The translations under genes were made by a program, and so were the position numbers. A DNA stretch of 64,000 nucleotides, from positions 1 to 64,000 of the forward strand of contig CAVSJV010000004.1 in the NCBI GenBank assembly GCA_963728405.1, given 5' to 3'. The first letter of the stretch is position 1, and every line of letters begins with the position of its first letter. Origin of the DNA: Methanomassiliicoccaceae archaeon (GTDB lineage: Archaea > Thermoplasmatota > Thermoplasmata > Methanomassiliicoccales > Methanomassiliicoccaceae). Positions 1-10,586 of the stretch are shown here, one piece after another. The notes beneath the pieces were generated by a model. That model did not search any database and had not been told where the DNA came from. It worked only from the letters and a program-made list of their open reading frames with translations.

Positions 1-14
1 CGTCGCCCGCACCA
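1..14 (+). tRNA. 3' end of a tRNA, probably tRNA-Gly (truncated by window edge)
   Basis: CGTCGCCCGC-A-CCA matches the T-stem/acceptor 3' strand of a GCGGGCG-starting tRNA-Gly with discriminator A and encoded CCA; T7 run at 41-47 follows. Only 14 nt are visible. Confidence 0.55.
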
Positions 15-77
15 CTAACCATTTCCAGGCAACCATTCTCTTTTTTTAAATCAAGAGAGGATTGGATACAGGCTGGG

Positions 78-941
78 TCAGTCCTTATTGATGATTTTTT
101 TATGACCGACCTTAACTTTCCAATAGATGGCGCCTTTGCCTTTGTCATGATCAAATAATCGTTCTACGAGCTCTGCCCCCTCGCAGCTTATGGTCAATCT
201 TTTCCCAATAACCTCGACAATACTCTGTGATGCTAGGCCATTTATACAGGCTCCCAAATAATTTAACGGATAACCCACCTTGCCTTCTAGGAGCCTATAG
301 TAAAAGTCAGTGGCATTCCTTGGTGGGATGATCCGTTTGCTGTTAGAACCACCTAGTATCCATATATAGACCGGATACCTTGGTTTTGCCTTCCTTCTTT
401 TTATGTTCCGCTTTAATGAGGATTGTACAAGCCTAATTATCGGCTTACACAGTGTCCCCTCTTCATCCTCAAAGGGGGGAATAAATTGCAGCTCTAGATC
501 TTCTGTAATAGTAGTGAATTGTTCCTTATCAATAGCCCTAAAGGCATGGGCGTTACGAGGCGGGGCGGCGTCTTCCCCATTGTGTAATTTCGAACCGAGC
601 GGCAAATAATCTATGACTATCGCATGCCTTGCAACGTCTTCAACGAGAGAAGCAATGATCTTTTTTAGATTTTTTGAACGGTATATCGGGTTAATTCCTT
701 GTTCGGCATCAGATGGATTGTCAGCGGTTAGTCCTAGCAAAATTAATTCCAGGCAGTTGACACTCACTTCCAATTCGCAATAATATTTAATATCACCTTT
801 CTCGAATAATATGACCTCGTCCCTTACCTTGGACCGAATCACGAACTTGTCGATATGGTCAACTAACCACTGTTGTTTTTTTGATATGGGCTCTTTGTTT
901 TCCCCATCGTTTCCCTCACCCACCGAAGTGCTATGAATCAA
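78..941 (-). CDS. Hypothetical protein, AT-rich, possible C-terminal winged helix
   Basis: 287-aa ORF visibly more AT-rich than neighbours; C-terminal LGACINGLASQSIVEVIGKRLTISCEG resembles a wHTH wing. Confidence 0.55.
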   Translation of the reverse strand: MIHSTSVGEGNDGENKEPISKKQQWLVDHIDKFVIRSKVRDEVILFEKGDIKYYCELEVSVNCLELILLGLTADNPSDAEQGINPIYRSKNLKKIIASLVEDVARHAIVIDYLPLGSKLHNGEDAAPPRNAHAFRAIDKEQFTTITEDLELQFIPPFEDEEGTLCKPIIRLVQSSLKRNIKRRKAKPRYPVYIWILGGSNSKRIIPPRNATDFYYRLLEGKVGYPLNYLGACINGLASQSIVEVIGKRLTISCEGAELVERLFDHDKGKGAIYWKVKVGHKKIINKD

Positions 942-1667
942 TGATAACCCTGACTTGTCTGCTAGGCCGTATTCATTAAAGTTTTAGAGAATATATAGCC
1001 TTGGTAGAGACGATGGCTCCTTTAAACACGATAGGTCTGGATCGTTCTCTGCGAGGGAGTTGTGATTTCCTGTTCTTGTACCACCCATAGCAAGGATATC
1101 GTTTCAATAGCTGTCCACACGTCCCTCGTGAGATGAGGGAGATATGACTAGTAGCACCTTCGATGATAGTCTTTGGGAATAAGAAAACGGAAAATGGATT
1201 TCTAGTAAGCTGCCCATATCGCGGAAGGCCGTTATTGGCTAAGACTACAGGTATGCTGGATATAGGTTTAGGCGGCTCTGGACAAAATTCGTCATCGGTG
1301 ATCTTAAATTTCTTCCCTCATCCAGTATTTGATGAGCCACGGCCGTGTTGTGATCTTTTTCCCTGCCAGCTTTGATTCGAACCATAGAAATTCAATACTT
1401 TTTTGATCACATAAATGAACTCAGAGTGAGCGCTAGTTGCTGATCAAAGTCGTTTTTACCGTTGAAATTCTTGATGACGACCCTACCAGTGTCTGATCTT
1501 CGAGACCAATGATCGAGGGTGGGGCACTTCGAGGGACATTTACGAGATGGGGCGTGTTTCCCAAGCTATCCGATTCGTCTTACCGTCTTTCAAAGGGGAG
1601 CAAGACAAGCATTACACCAAACTTTTCTTCTAGTGGAGATGGAAATAGTTAGGCAAGGAGTGTTCAG

Positions 1668-3590
1668 GTGGCTCCACAGCAGGTAGGTTCGGTTGATCTC
1701 GACGAGAAGAATCGCCATAAGATTGGGACGTCCACGAAATCGCCGTGGCCTTACGAGGGCTTTCGCCCCATCGCAGATTATGGCATCATAGGGAACTGTC
1801 ATACTGCGGCCCTGGTCAGCAGCGAGGGTTCAATAGACTGGCTATGTCTACCAAGATTTGATTCACCTTCTCTCTTCGCCCGAATCCTAGATCCGGAGCG
1901 AGGTGGTTTCTGGAGCATACGGCCGGCCAGCAAATTCACGAGCGATCATAAATATGTCAATGAGACCAATGTCCTCCAGACAGATTTCCACAGTCAACGA
2001 GGAAAGCTTGTTCTGTACGACTTCATGGACATCGGCAGTGATCGGCGATCTATAAGCGGGCCCGCCCCTGGAAGGCTCGTTCGCATCGTTGAATGCATGG
2101 AGGGCGCTCTTGACGTCACCTGCCAATGCGCACCTCGCCCCAATTATGCCAAAAACATGCCCGATCTCGTTCCCAATAACAAAGATGTGATCATTGACCA
2201 GTTCGTATTGACCGGCCCCCGTGATTGGGATATAGATGGGAAAAAAGGATTCCTGTCATCCACCATCACATTGCATGCCGGTGAAAAGGCCTCATTCACT
2301 CTGGCAACCCGAGAAGATGTAGCACATTCTCGGTTCTCGCCCCTCCAGGCCCAAGCAACGACAATGGATTTCTGGCGCAATGTGTCGGCCAGATGCACCT
2401 ATCAAGGGCCATACCGGGACGAGGTCATTCGTAGTGCTCTCACATTAAAACTGATGACCTATCCCCCAACTGGGGCGATCGTAGCAGCACCGACAACCTC
2501 GCTTCCAGAAACTCTCGGCGGTGAGAGGAATTGGGACTATCGCTTCACCTGGATACGGGACGCGTCCTTTACCTTGTACGCCCTTCTCCTATCTGGTTAC
2601 TTGGACGATTATCACCCTTTCTTTCACTGGATCATCAACAACGTCAAGCAGTTAGGGACGGGCATACGGATCCTCTATCCGATTACACCGGACGGAGAGA
2701 CGGCCGAGCAGACCTTGGACCACCTCCGTGGCTATTGTGATTCACGACCGGTGCGCATCGGCAACATGGCAGATGGCCAGGTTCAGTTCGACATCTACGG
2801 TGAGGTCATCGGGGCCATACATTTCGCTTGGCGGGTCGGTAAATATGATCCTACCGAGATCTGGCCGCAGGTTCAGGGCATGCTGGACTGGGTCGCCGAC
2901 CATTGGCACGAACCGGATAACGGCATATGGGAAGTGCGAGGTGGTCTGCGTAATTTTGTCTACAGCAAGGCCATGTTATGGTTCGCACTCAGCTTAGGGA
3001 TCGAGATGGCCGAATTTCTTGACCTACCCGGCGATATTGAGCGATGGCGCCATGAGGTTGGAACGATCAAGGAGGAGATCATGGACAAAGGGTGGAGCGA
3101 TGAACTAGGCGCGTTCAAGCAATCCTATGAGGATGAGGTCATCGACGCGTCCAATCTACTCCTACCCATGATTGGTTTCATTGATGGCAAGGACCCTAAG
3201 ATGGTGTCGACGATCGATGCGACCATGAGGGAGCTGGTCGTCGACGGCCTGTGCTATCGATACACTAGCGCACCGGAAGGAGTGGCCGGGAAGGAGGGCC
3301 ATTTCGTCCTTTGTACATTCTGGCTGGCCGATGCCTTGATCCAAGCCGGGAGGTTCGACGAAGCGAAGAGGATGTGTGATGGCATTTTGACCAAGGCCAG
3401 TCCACTCGGACTATTTGCTGAGGAATTGGACCCCTCAACCGGGATGCATCTTGGCAATTTTCCTCAAGCGTTTTCACACATCGGCCTGATCAATGTCGCG
3501 GTCTCCTTTGCACTTCAAGGATACATGGGCAAGGTCCTGCCCAATGACGCCATGGCCGCCGAGGCCGCAGGGCATGGTGGTGGGGGCTAG
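1668..3590 (+). CDS. Glycoside hydrolase family 15 (trehalase/glucoamylase-like)
   Basis: IADYGIIGNCHTAALVS, WLCLPRFDSPS, AAPTTSLPE..GG.RNWDYRFTWIRDA, LFAEE, GNFPQAFSH motifs. Confidence 0.95.
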   Translation: MAPQQVGSVDLDEKNRHKIGTSTKSPWPYEGFRPIADYGIIGNCHTAALVSSEGSIDWLCLPRFDSPSLFARILDPERGGFWSIRPASKFTSDHKYVNETNVLQTDFHSQRGKLVLYDFMDIGSDRRSISGPAPGRLVRIVECMEGALDVTCQCAPRPNYAKNMPDLVPNNKDVIIDQFVLTGPRDWDIDGKKGFLSSTITLHAGEKASFTLATREDVAHSRFSPLQAQATTMDFWRNVSARCTYQGPYRDEVIRSALTLKLMTYPPTGAIVAAPTTSLPETLGGERNWDYRFTWIRDASFTLYALLLSGYLDDYHPFFHWIINNVKQLGTGIRILYPITPDGETAEQTLDHLRGYCDSRPVRIGNMADGQVQFDIYGEVIGAIHFAWRVGKYDPTEIWPQVQGMLDWVADHWHEPDNGIWEVRGGLRNFVYSKAMLWFALSLGIEMAEFLDLPGDIERWRHEVGTIKEEIMDKGWSDELGAFKQSYEDEVIDASNLLLPMIGFIDGKDPKMVSTIDATMRELVVDGLCYRYTSAPEGVAGKEGHFVLCTFWLADALIQAGRFDEAKRMCDGILTKASPLGLFAEELDPSTGMHLGNFPQAFSHIGLINVAVSFALQGYMGKVLPNDAMAAEAAGHGGGG

Positions 3591-4139
3591 TATAATGAGC
3601 CACCTTAGGGCCGCCACCGATGTACCTCTGGGTGAAAGGAACAGGCGTGGCTTTGCTGAGGCCAGAGGGCCGTGTGGGCTCATAACGCCTCTTGCATTTT
3701 CGCCATCCACTCATGACAAATTTGTGAAGCTCAGCGGGCCGGATGCACGACTTCCTCCCGACTCCCATTATTGCCGGTCGGAGCGGGGCGAGCCGTGCGT
3801 TCTAGTCTAGGACAATATTTGAACGGCAGGAAGGCAAAATGGTTCGGCACCATTCAAATACTGCAGCATATAATTGAATACCCAGCCAGTGTGCTAGCCT
3901 GATGGCCAGGCGATCGGTGTGATGGGCGGGAGAGGATGACTATAAACGAACACACAGATCTGTTGGAGAGGTGCTTGATCACGATCGCGCACATCGTCGT
4001 GACCCTTCATAAAAGAGACCTGTTTGTTACAAGGGCCCACTGGCCATGGCCGGATGTTCATCATCTCTTGAGACCGACCAAGGGCCGAGGGAACACGGCA
4101 CAGCACAAAGCCGTGACGGATCCCCGGTGGTGAGGTGAC

Positions 4140-5207
4140 ATGAAGGCCCTCGTTGCTCACCCTCCGAAAAAAGACTCTGTCGAACTTGTGGACGTGCCCG
4201 CCCCGAAGCCGGGGCCAGGACAAGTCTTGTTGTCGATCCGTTTGATAGGGATTGACGGCACCGATGAGGACATCAGCAAGGGCACCTATGGTTCCAAACC
4301 TCTCGGAGAAGATTATCTCATCATCGGTCACGAGGCGCTGGGTAAGGTCGTCGAACTAGGCGAAGGCGTAACATCTGTCTCCATCGGTGACGTGGTGGTA
4401 CCGACCGTCCGGCGCCCCTGCCCTGAGAACTGTTCGAACTGCCGGAAAGGCGAAACGGACCGTTGCAACACCGGCGACTATCGTGAGCATGGCATATCAT
4501 GGCTCCATGGCTTCGCCGCCGAGTATGCGGTCACCGACGCGGACCATCTGGTCAGGATCCCTAAGGAGATCGAAGATGTGGCAGTGCTATTGGAACCACT
4601 GTCCGTAGCAGAGAACGCGATCACGGAAATATTTCGTATACAACAGCGCATGAAATGGGGGCCTTCAAAGGCCTTGGTCATGGGGGCAGGCCCTCTCGGA
4701 CTGCTCGCTAGCATGGTCTTACGCCTGAGAGGAATGGAAGTGCATACGGCGGCGACACGCCGAGAGGATAGCCTGAAGGCGGACATCGTGCGGCAGATGG
4801 GCGGAAGGTACATCAACGTCAGGGAAACGCCCCTCCCTACCAGTAAGGAAAAATACGACATAATAATGGAGGCGACCGGAAGCGTAGATGCTGCGATCAG
4901 CGCTCTGCCGCTCGTCGGAAGGAACGGGATAACATGTATCCTGGGCATCTACGGTGAAAAGAGCGTGTGTGATAAGTTCGGAAGTATACTCACCGGAATG
5001 GTCCTCGAGAATCACCTGATCTTCGGTTCTGCAAGCTCGAGACCAGAGGACTTCGAGCAGGGGATCGTCGATATGAAGCGACTTATCGATCGATCAGGCG
5101 GGATGCTGTCCCGCCTGATTACTAGTCAAATTGAACCGGAGGAGTATGGTAAGGCGTTCGAACCGGATAGCGAGGCTATCAAAACCGTGATACGTTTTAC
5201 ACCATGA
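4140..5207 (+). CDS. gdh: Archaeal-type Zn-dependent glucose 1-dehydrogenase
   Basis: GIDGTD, GHE, PTVRRPC..C..C.C, EHGI..LHGF..E, GAGPLG; GAGGTGA RBS upstream. Confidence 0.88.
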   Translation: MKALVAHPPKKDSVELVDVPAPKPGPGQVLLSIRLIGIDGTDEDISKGTYGSKPLGEDYLIIGHEALGKVVELGEGVTSVSIGDVVVPTVRRPCPENCSNCRKGETDRCNTGDYREHGISWLHGFAAEYAVTDADHLVRIPKEIEDVAVLLEPLSVAENAITEIFRIQQRMKWGPSKALVMGAGPLGLLASMVLRLRGMEVHTAATRREDSLKADIVRQMGGRYINVRETPLPTSKEKYDIIMEATGSVDAAISALPLVGRNGITCILGIYGEKSVCDKFGSILTGMVLENHLIFGSASSRPEDFEQGIVDMKRLIDRSGGMLSRLITSQIEPEEYGKAFEPDSEAIKTVIRFTP

Positions 5208-5347
5208 GATCTTCTGCGATATTCGCTCCTTGAGATCATGCGGATACCAAGAGATTTCGAGGTTCATTCGTGTACTGAGCATTTTATGGGACCAATGCCG
5301 CGAAATTAATATTAGGCTCGGTTTCCGAGCATATTTCGGTCGGCTGT

Positions 5348-6766
5348 ATGAAAGAGTATGATTGCATAATCCTAGGCACAGGTTCTGCGATGGAGATCGC
5401 CTCGGCCGTCCTGTCGAGAGACGATAAAGCAAAGATTGCCGTGATAGATAAGGACCAGGCAGGGGGGATCTGTTTGACCAGAGGCTGCATCCCCTCGAAA
5501 CTTCTCATCTATCCGGCTGAGATGGTCAGGACAGTTCAACGGGCGGGAGAGCTCGGTATCCAAACCCAGATTGTGAATGTTGATTTTACTGCCATCATGC
5601 AGCGTATGCGTATGTATGTCAACCGGGACAGTGAAATGGTTAAAGAGGGGCTTATGGGCAGCACTAATATCGACTACTATCACGATGTGGCCGAGTTCAT
5701 CGCACCCTATACGCTGAAAGTCGCCGGTGTAACGATCACATCGAGGACGATCATATTGGGCATCGGCTCGAGACCCTCGATCCCTCCCATCGAAGGCCTC
5801 AGTACGGTCCCGTACTACACGAGCGATACGATCCTCGCCCTTGATCGGTTACCGGAGAGCGTTGCGATCATTGGTGCAGGCTTCATCGCCGCTGAGTACG
5901 GGCATTTTCTTTCAGCCATGGGTTCTCGCGTAACCATCATTGGTCGCAATCCTCAGTTTCTTCCTGGAGAGGAGCCGGAGATCTCGCGGCTCGCCACTAA
6001 AATCCTGGGTGAACACACCACCATCCTCACTAACCACGAGGCCACCAGGTTTGAGAAGGGGCCTGGTCAAAAGATCAGCATAGTCGCAACCGACCGAGGC
6101 ACCGATGGAGAGGTAACGGTCCTCGCAGATATCGTGATGATCGCTACAGGAAGGCAGTCGAATGCCGATATCCTCCACCCCGAGCGAAGCAGCATTGCCA
6201 CCAGCTCTAAAGGATGGATCGTTGTTGATGAATACCTCAAGACCAGCCAGCCGGGCATCTGGGCACTGGGAGATGCGGATGGAAAATATCTCTTCAAACA
6301 CAAGGCCAACTACGAAGCGTCGATAGTCTTCAGGAATGCTGTCCTGGGTAAGGCCCAGTCGGTCAATTACACCGCAGTGCCTCATGCAGTTTTTTCTGAC
6401 CCAGAGATCGCCAGTGTCGGCCTGTTGGAAGAGGAGGCGCAACAAAAGTTCGGCAGCGATAAGATACTGATCGGTTACTTCAGGTACGAAGATACTGCCA
6501 AAGGCCTGGCGATGGGAGTAAGGGGCTATTTCGTGAAAGTGATCATTGAAAAGGAGACCATGAGGCTGCTCGGTGCGCACATCGTTGGGCCACAGTCTTC
6601 GATTCTGATCCAAGAGTGCGTGAACCTGCTCTCGACCGATGCGCCAACGATTTTCGAGATCACTCGCGCGATGCACATCCATCCGGCGTTGCCAGAGGTC
6701 GTTCAAAAGGCGTTCAACAACCTCATGTCCCCCGAGGAGTACCATCGAATTGTGGATGAGATGTGA
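5348..6766 (+). CDS. Dihydrolipoamide dehydrogenase/mycothione reductase-like FAD disulfide oxidoreductase
   Basis: GTGSA FAD motif, GGICLTRGCIPSK redox disulfide, GAGFIAAE, C-terminal HPALPE. Confidence 0.9.
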   Translation: MKEYDCIILGTGSAMEIASAVLSRDDKAKIAVIDKDQAGGICLTRGCIPSKLLIYPAEMVRTVQRAGELGIQTQIVNVDFTAIMQRMRMYVNRDSEMVKEGLMGSTNIDYYHDVAEFIAPYTLKVAGVTITSRTIILGIGSRPSIPPIEGLSTVPYYTSDTILALDRLPESVAIIGAGFIAAEYGHFLSAMGSRVTIIGRNPQFLPGEEPEISRLATKILGEHTTILTNHEATRFEKGPGQKISIVATDRGTDGEVTVLADIVMIATGRQSNADILHPERSSIATSSKGWIVVDEYLKTSQPGIWALGDADGKYLFKHKANYEASIVFRNAVLGKAQSVNYTAVPHAVFSDPEIASVGLLEEEAQQKFGSDKILIGYFRYEDTAKGLAMGVRGYFVKVIIEKETMRLLGAHIVGPQSSILIQECVNLLSTDAPTIFEITRAMHIHPALPEVVQKAFNNLMSPEEYHRIVDEM

Positions 6767-7048
6767 GGGCAAGAGCGCAGGCATCCAACGAACCACCATG
6801 CTCCCGTTGGAATCAGGAGCCTCAAGCAGCAAAATCCCATGTCTTGCCATGGAGATGAGCGATGAGGAGCAAGAAGGCATGACTCTGTTTAGTAGATGTC
6901 GCCTCTTCGTATGGGCTCCTGGACCCATACCTGCCCCGAGAACTGATGCGGACCAATGGGTTCAAGGATGGCAGGAACGAGAACCGATGGTGTCGAACCA
7001 GAACGAATAAATATGTTCTCCTTGAAAACAATAGATATAGGTAATATC

Positions 7049-7171
7049 ATGGAAGAGAAGAACAAGATCATGATGAAGTGCCCGATGTGCGGTATGGAGT
7101 TCTCCGGAGACACCGAAGAGGAGGTAAAGGAAAAAATGAAAATGCACTCCATGGAAGCGCATAAGAAGTGA
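7049..7171 (+). CDS. Small DUF1059-like metal-binding protein
   Basis: MEEKNKIMMKCPMCGMEFSGDTEEEVKEKMKMHSMEAHKK: CxxC..G.TEEEV..H....H pattern. Confidence 0.75.
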   Translation: MEEKNKIMMKCPMCGMEFSGDTEEEVKEKMKMHSMEAHKK

Positions 7172-7466
7172 GGGCCCTATAGACGAAAACTAACATTATA
7201 ATCTCTTACGTTAAGGTCGATTGGCCGAGCATCGTATGGATGTGGGTGGATATCCATAAGGATGTGTCTTAGAGGATAACTTAGAGGATGGGTGAAGAAT
7301 AGGCGGCATCCTACGCTTCATGATCAAGCACGAGGAGTTTATCCGGAAGACCGTGCCCGGCCCCCTCCAGGTCGGCGACGCAGAGGGGCCCCCTCAAGAA
7401 GGGCATAATCTGATCAGGCAGGCATATAATGGGCCAAACCAGAGATGATCGATAAGAAGAGCAAGC

Positions 7467-8183
7467 TCATTTTATTGGGCCGTGCTTTAGCTCATAGGCC
7501 AGATTTAGACAGCTGTGTACCATGTTCTCAAGGTCCTCCATAGTGTACTTGTTGTCCATGATCTGGCCCCAATCCTTGGTGGTATCCTCGTCGTACTCCC
7601 CGACCCAGGAACATATCGCCACGTCCGGGGTCTGGAATCCCAGCCAGGAAAAAAAGTTCATGAGATTTCCGGCCACATGCTGGAGCCCATCGACGTGACC
7701 AATAATGATCAGACCCGCCACCTTGCCCTTGATCATTTGGTTATTGAACCAGGTGTTCTGGTTCTCAATGCAATTCATTCGCTCCACAAACTTCTGCACC
7801 AGCGCCCCGTGATTATTCCAGCGTATCGGTGTGGCGAGGATGAGCACGTCGGTAGCCAGAACGGCATCATAGATCGTCTGCATCTGGTCGTCTAGGTACT
7901 TCATGCTGCTCTGGCAGGGATAGGTGCAGAGCGCGGGGTTCTCCGAATAATTGCCCTCGCAGTCATAGATCTTCAGGTCCTTGATGCGAATGAAGGTGGT
8001 CTCGCTTCCCAGCTCCTTGGCGTGAACTAACGCATCGAGAAGCAGCTTCTCCGATTTGCTCATGCCCGGTTGCTGTCTCGAGGAGCCGGAGATTCCCAGG
8101 ACCTTGGTGCCTCTCGTCCTGTCCAGCTCAGGTGGATCTATCTTATGAAGCCCGATCTTGCGGCCGACGATTGGGGCGGGCAT
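7467..8183 (-). CDS. Flavodoxin-fold NAD(P)H-dependent FMN reductase / iron-sulfur flavoprotein-like
   Basis: LGISGSSR, CEGNYS..CTYPC, DDQMQTIYD, ATPIRW, KGKVAG. Confidence 0.85.
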   Translation of the reverse strand: MPAPIVGRKIGLHKIDPPELDRTRGTKVLGISGSSRQQPGMSKSEKLLLDALVHAKELGSETTFIRIKDLKIYDCEGNYSENPALCTYPCQSSMKYLDDQMQTIYDAVLATDVLILATPIRWNNHGALVQKFVERMNCIENQNTWFNNQMIKGKVAGLIIIGHVDGLQHVAGNLMNFFSWLGFQTPDVAICSWVGEYDEDTTKDWGQIMDNKYTMEDLENMVHSCLNLAYELKHGPIK

Positions 8184-8239
8184 ATGTTCATCTATGAACC
8201 CCTTGACTATTAATTTTTAGGAATTAGGTAGGTGTGACA

Positions 8240-8527
8240 ATGGACAAATGGGAAGAAATTGGGCAGAAGATGATGGCGATGAGCCCGGAGGAGAGAAAGA
8301 AGAGGATGGATGAGCTGAGGGACATGTGCATATGCGGTGGCTGCCCCACCTACGCCGACTGCAATAAACAGAAGATGCAGTTCCTCTTCTGCTCCGAAGG
8401 CAAGTCCGATTGCAGGATGACCCAGAAGGGCTGTCTCTGCCCAACCTGCCCGGTGACTCCAATAAGGGGCCTTACCAAGTCATACTATTGTATCAGGGGG
8501 AACGAAAAGACCCAAAGAGGGAAGTAA
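8240..8527 (+). CDS. DUF2769 Cys-rich protein
   Basis: [10 protein letters not shown]....LFC..GKSDC....GCLCPTCPV......YYC. Confidence 0.85.
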   Translation: MDKWEEIGQKMMAMSPEERKKRMDELRDMCICGGCPTYADCNKQKMQFLFCSEGKSDCRMTQKGCLCPTCPVTPIRGLTKSYYCIRGNEKTQRGK

Positions 8528-8539
8528 ATATCCATAATG

Positions 8540-8690
8540 AGATATTCAATTTCGGGACATTCTTCAGGAGCCCATCGACCGAGCCGTTCGGCAATTTGGC
8601 GAAAGCCTCATCGGTTGGGGCAAATACCGTGAACGGCCCCGGGCCTTTCAAAGTGTCAACCGGACCTTTCGCCATAACCGCTGCATGAGA
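8540..8690 (-). pseudogene. Fasciclin (FAS1) domain fragment
   Basis: [24 protein letters not shown] is the FAS1 H1 motif; the rest of the domain is missing on both sides; ends approximate. Confidence 0.8.
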
Positions 8691-8814
8691 GGCTTGACCA
8701 AGGAAGGCTACTCGATATTTGAGATCCGCAGGTGATGGGCTGCACACTTGACGTGGCAGTAAGGAACTACTCCAAGTTGAGAGAGGACCAGTTAGTTAGA
8801 TGGCCGACAGCGCT

Positions 8815-9174
8815 TCAGTGGTTCCAGGGGATCCATAACAACACCAGGCTGGTGCCACTGATGACGCCCATAAGTGCTGCCAGACGGGTGGCATCATACC
8901 TGAATGGACCGCCGTATGATTTCACCCCATGGTCCAATGCCCAAAAGGTGGTCAGCCCCAAAAGGAGAAGGTTCAGGGAGAAACCGATCAAACTTGGATC
9001 GTTTGCCGGCTGAAGGAGCAATCTAGACAGGATCGGAAGGGCGAGAAAGAAGGCCGCGACAAGAAAATACCAACCGATACTGGGCAGATCTTCAACCACG
9101 TCCACCCTCATGAATCTCTCATTAGATCCCCCAGTATAACAAGTAACTCCCAGGTCAAAATTGGAAACCGTCAA
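8815..9174 (-). CDS. Small membrane protein (about 3 TM)
   Basis: Three hydrophobic segments; start uncertain. Confidence 0.5.
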   Translation of the reverse strand: MTVSNFDLGVTCYTGGSNERFMRVDVVEDLPSIGWYFLVAAFFLALPILSRLLLQPANDPSLIGFSLNLLLLGLTTFWALDHGVKSYGGPFRYDATRLAALMGVISGTSLVLLWIPWNH

Positions 9175-9827
9175 CGCTCATTTAAAAACGTAAGAAGGCT
9201 AGCCAGGTAACACAATGGCAAGACGAAATAGTTAGAGCATATAAATCGAGCAGATCGTGCTTCTTCAACCCATACGCTTACAGAAGCACGACCCAACGAT
9301 GGAACTACACCCAAGGGGTATGGAGAATGACCGACTACGGGAACCTGACCAAGCTCAACACCACCCGCCCAGGGGCCTCGAATACGTCGTCCCGATACGG
9401 CTTGGGGGTGGGTTCCTCCTGATCAATCACCTACGGGGCCAGAAGACCGAATCCGGTTCTGCACGCTACCCTTTGCTTAGGGGTGCAGGAGAGGAACCTT
9501 AAGACAGCACGGGCGTGCCGGTCAACGAAATATGATACGAGAACGACCGGCCAGTGTACTGCAAGGTGTGCGAGTGGTGCGGCCCCCTGAAGGAGACCGT
9601 CCGCCTCGAGGGGGGGGGTCATCCCGTTCCGCTGCCCGACGCTGAAGCGGGGACATTGGAGCCTCCTGGAGACGAATACCATCTCACGGATCATGTCCAG
9701 CGGATGGGCGCATGGGACCGGATCTGGACATTTTTGCATCATTCCGATGCACGACCATCCCTACTCTAGGTCTAATTGAAGAAAGATTACGCCCAGAACT
9801 GGATAAACGGTGCAAATAAAAAAAAGA

Positions 9828-9995
9828 TTAGCTTTCCTGGGTCCGTTCCTTCCAGCTGTCGTGTATTCCCCCGCGCCGGATGCAATCCTCGCATTCCTTG
9901 GCGTCCTCCCACTCGGTCTTCCCGTGCTCGTAGAAGTGCTGGCAGTTGGGACATATGCGTTCCACGACCTTTCTCTCCTCATTCTGCTCGTTCAT
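9828..9995 (-). CDS. Small 4-Cys zinc-finger-like protein (55 aa, absent from ORF track)
   Basis: Hand translation MNEQNEERKVVERICPNCQHFYEHGKTEWEDAKECEDCIRRGGIHDSWKERTQES*; AGGTGA RBS upstream, T-run downstream. Confidence 0.8.
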   Translation of the reverse strand: MNEQNEERKVVERICPNCQHFYEHGKTEWEDAKECEDCIRRGGIHDSWKERTQES

Positions 9996-10088
9996 AGCGT
10001 CACCTAATCCCCTTCGTTCCTTTTATCTCTTAAGGTCCAGAACATTGCCGACCATAGAACGCCAAGGTCTAGATGCGTCAATAAAATG

Positions 10089-10117
10089 AACGGGCGGACC
10101 ACAAAGGTCCGCCCGTT
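10089..10117. terminator. Perfect 12-bp hairpin downstream of terB-like gene
   Basis: AACGGGCGGACC-ACAAA-GGTCCGCCCGTT flanked by A/T runs. Confidence 0.6.
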
Positions 10118-10139
10118 TTAATAAAAATGGAAAGTGGGA

Positions 10140-10586
10140 TCAGCCCTTGTTCTTTATCAGCATGACCTCGATGATGTTTACCGCCTTGTCCTCGGCAATG
10201 CCGAGGCCCTGCTGGATCTTGGTGAGTATTTCCTTCTCCTGGTTCGCGATCTCGCCATCGGCCAGCGCGAGGTCGGCGGCCACGGCGAACGCGGTCTCCC
10301 TCATGTCCTGAGGCAGTGACTCCTTTGCCATGGCGACCAATGCATCGATCCCCTGCTTCTTGATGATGCCAATAAGCTTGTTCAACAATGCTCCCATCTG
10401 GTTTCCATTATAGCCAGCATAGAGCTTCATGCGAACCAGACCGACGACCAGGCCTTGTGCCTCCTCCTCGGTGATAATCCCATCTGCGGCTATGGTGGCG
10501 AGCGAGATAGCGGCGAAGGATTCTTCCTTGGTCAATTTGGCGGGCTCTGCGTCCTTAACTCCCTTTACTCTGTCAAATAATCCCAT
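10140..10586 (-). CDS. Tellurite resistance TerB family protein
   Basis: AADG.I..EE and ALADGEI...E..L..I repeats; GGAGG RBS. Confidence 0.88.
   Translation of the reverse strand: MGLFDRVKGVKDAEPAKLTKEESFAAISLATIAADGIITEEEAQGLVVGLVRMKLYAGYNGNQMGALLNKLIGIIKKQGIDALVAMAKESLPQDMRETAFAVAADLALADGEIANQEKEILTKIQQGLGIAEDKAVNIIEVMLIKNKG

Noticed and set aside
3595-3800. Hairpins between GH15 and gdh
   Set aside because: Imperfect GC-rich stems with no family resemblance; plausible by chance
9257-9769. Short ORFs that may be pieces of a decayed gene
   Set aside because: No recognisable family or consistent frame
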